From the NCBI GenBank assembly GCA_965637545.1, contig OZ281496.1, positions 3,348,001-3,412,000 of the forward strand: 64,000 nt of DNA, read 5' to 3'. Shown in pieces: positions 61,755 through 64,000 of the stretch. The notes below the pieces were generated by a model that ran no database searches, was not told the DNA's origin, and was given only the letters and a program-made list of their open reading frames with translations. This DNA is from Phallusia mammillata (Eukaryota). Within the stretch, counting starts at the first letter, position 1; every line of letters begins with the position of its first letter. The translations under genes and the position numbers were made by a program.

Positions 61755-63175
61755 TTAATGAAATCTTGAACGCCTCGTTTGTTGGGCAGACTGTTGGCCA
61801 GACTGGTGGTGAGACCGGTAGCCAGACTGGTGGTGAGACCGGTGGCCAGGCTGGTGGCGAGACACTTGGCCAGACCGTTGTCGAAACTGTTGGTCAAACG
61901 GTTGGCGAGAACGTTGGTCAAACGGTTGGCGATGCTGTGGGCCAAACTGTCGTCGAGAAAGTTGGTCAGTGTCCGAGTCTGTATTCAAGTCTGTATCCGA
62001 ATCTGCACCCGTGTCAGTATCCGGCTCAGCAGGGTTATACCTTGGCAGCACATATGGCTCTAGAAAAACGATTTTGTGTCAAGCATGCTACATGTAAACC
62101 ACGTTGACTAATGGACATTTAATAGTTAAAAAGAAACATTTCACCTGCACGTGACGGCCGTGGTGGTGGTAGTTCAGTGACTCTTGATGTAGCCTAAAGT
62201 GAAAAAAAGGTATTGATTGGCAAATACACAAAGCCTTAAATCCCTAATTGCATTATTTTTACCTCATATGAATCTAGCATCGGAGGATGGTGGTAACAGG
62301 CTGACGGGTCTGAAAAAGACACAGCGTTGAAATATTATAGCTGCTACAGTTGTAAAATGTTGTAATAAATTGAGTGTCAGTTTGCCCATGTCAGTGGAAA
62401 TTAAGTCGTGGAAACGGTTTCAAAATTTAAGAAAGTAAAAGGGTTGTACGGCGACAGGATAATGCCCAAATAGAAGTGATTGTACCAGTTAACATCCTAC
62501 ATCAGAACATAAATATTTATATCTTCCAATTACTTTACACCGAGCCAGTATTGTTGTCAGATTTTGTTTATTTAGCAAAAACATTAACCTTTAAAACAAA
62601 ATAGTTTTATTACTTTTTGTCATAATCATGACAAAATCGTCTAAAAAAAGTTTTTTCAAAAAATATTGCAATTAGTTAAAAAAAATTGCTGCAAGCACAC
62701 AGCAGACTAGCACAAAGTTACCATAACGATCCATGTAGCCAAAACGATTCATAATGTTTTTTTGCAGATTAATATCCTGGCGAAGACAACATTTATTTCA
62801 ACTGTCAAAGATAAACCAGCAGGACAAAACTCTGAAGCAGCAAAAAACATGTTATAACAAATATTTATCAATAATAAATGACTGTTTATTTCGAACATGC
62901 ACACAAACAAACATAAATATAAGACTCTACAGTTGATCATCTAGCTAAAACCATTTGTTGTCAATGTGAATCAAGCATGTCGTTAGGTTAATGCTACAAG
63001 AACTTATAAGACGCATATTCAAATTGAATACCTTCGAGTGACAAACTCTGGTAAGCGTCTTACGAACTGAATTACACAGAATAGGTGGAGTGCTTTGGTG
63101 CAGTAATATTTATTGATCGTGTTTGCGTAACGTTTTTACAACTAATGCAAGCAACGACTATTTACCTCGTTCCAT
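61755..63175 (-). CDS. Small low-complexity protein, gene 4 (6 short coding exons, 166 aa predicted)
   Basis: Exons 63166-63175, 63032-63066, 62722-62776, 62263-62309, 62145-62193, 61755-62059. All are GT-AG and phase-consistent: MERVRKTLTRVCHSK-DINLQKNIMNRFGYMDRY-DPSACYHHPPMLDSYE-ATSRVTELPPPRPSRA-EPYVLPRYNPAEPDTDT...QQSAQQTRRSRFH*. Confidence 0.65.
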
Positions 63176-63869
63176 TCCAACGACAAATTTACGGGTCACT
63201 GCCAGTAATATCAATGCACTTTACTTGCCTGAAACTTATTTGTGTTTGACCTAAACATTAGAGTTACAAAATCAGCGTCTTGATAAATCAGCACTGATAA
63301 CAGAAATCTACAGCAAATAATAATCGTTGTGTACCAAGCTACAGTGACTTTGCCCAGAAGTGTTTGTCTCGTATGTACTTTTGCTTTGCAGTGGGGTTTA
63401 TGTGTTTAACTTCAACTCTTTCCAGAATGGAGACGGGGATGCGAAGGTTTAATTTATCTTAGTTCGTTTACGTGTTAGAACGAATAAGGTATATTAAAAG
63501 AAACTGATTCTATCGCGATGACGGTTGTGCCCGCGTAGTTATGTATGATGTTCACTTCTTAATTTCGTTTCGCTAACATGAACAGACTGAAACTTCGCAA
63601 ACTATATCTGACTGCAATTCCAAGTTGGAACATGACATTCGTTCAATTTTATCATTGTTCGTTCCGCTTTTAGAGCCAATAAGTTATATTTAGCGCGACC
63701 TTCTTCATCGTGCTAACGGAATCGACATATTCGGCCGACATGTGTCGGACAACTGAAACTTCTGTACATCACTTGTTGTAACCATAGGTTTGGAATCATT
63801 TCTTTGTCTACGTTACAGTGTAGCTGAATGGAATTAATGCATTTCAAAAAAGTTTGTGCGTAATTTAGT

Positions 63870-64000
63870 GTGATCATAGTACGCCAGGCCTGTTCAAGGC
63901 GTTATACCGAATCAGCTGGTCTCCCAAGCATTCCCATATGGCAAGGCATACACTAGAAAAATCTAGCCTGCGGTGGGATTCGAACCCACGACAGGAGTCT
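63870..64000 (-). mobile_element. tRNA-derived SINE, truncated by the window end
   Basis: Reverse complement GTGGGTTCGAATCCCACC (B box) plus a body shared with 41640-41760. Confidence 0.75.

Noticed and set aside
61766-62107. Plus-strand VGQT-repeat ORF and other overlapping ORFs
   Set aside because: Antisense or alternative frames of the 12-bp repeat; splice sites and paralogue conservation support the minus-strand frame.

Overview
Eukaryotic, AT-rich genomic DNA with GT-AG introns and one 184-N assembly gap. The gene content (LDLa-rich 7TM receptor without LRRs, CUB-ZP genes) suggests an invertebrate chordate, probably an ascidian; this is inference. All gene models were built by hand from splice sites and phase consistency, and most are invisible in the supplied ORF track. 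Main content: (1) three apparently intact 13-exon paralogues encoding signal peptide-CUB-CUB-ZP-TM proteins (CUZD1-like architecture) at 17.7-23.8 kb (+), 28.7-37.4 kb (+) and 44.3-53.2 kb (-), with a highly divergent first CUB domain, a conserved ZP module and exon-by-exon mosaic relationships; (2) an unrecognised family of small Pro/Gln-rich short-exon genes (505-4498 -, 5906-6757 -, 38459-42942 +) that share the last two exons but have unrelated N-termini, plus an architecturally similar gene at 61755-63175 (-) with a decayed paralogue; (3) an LDLa-repeat/7TM RXFP-GRL101-like receptor gene (10203-15272 +) with two in-frame stops, and an inverted pseudo-exon copy; (4) many transposon relics: hAT elements with 8-bp TSDs, a Harbinger MITE, Penelope-like and RTE-like fragments, two Ty3/gypsy lineages and tRNA-derived SINEs. 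No CRISPR array, rRNA or intact tRNA was seen.
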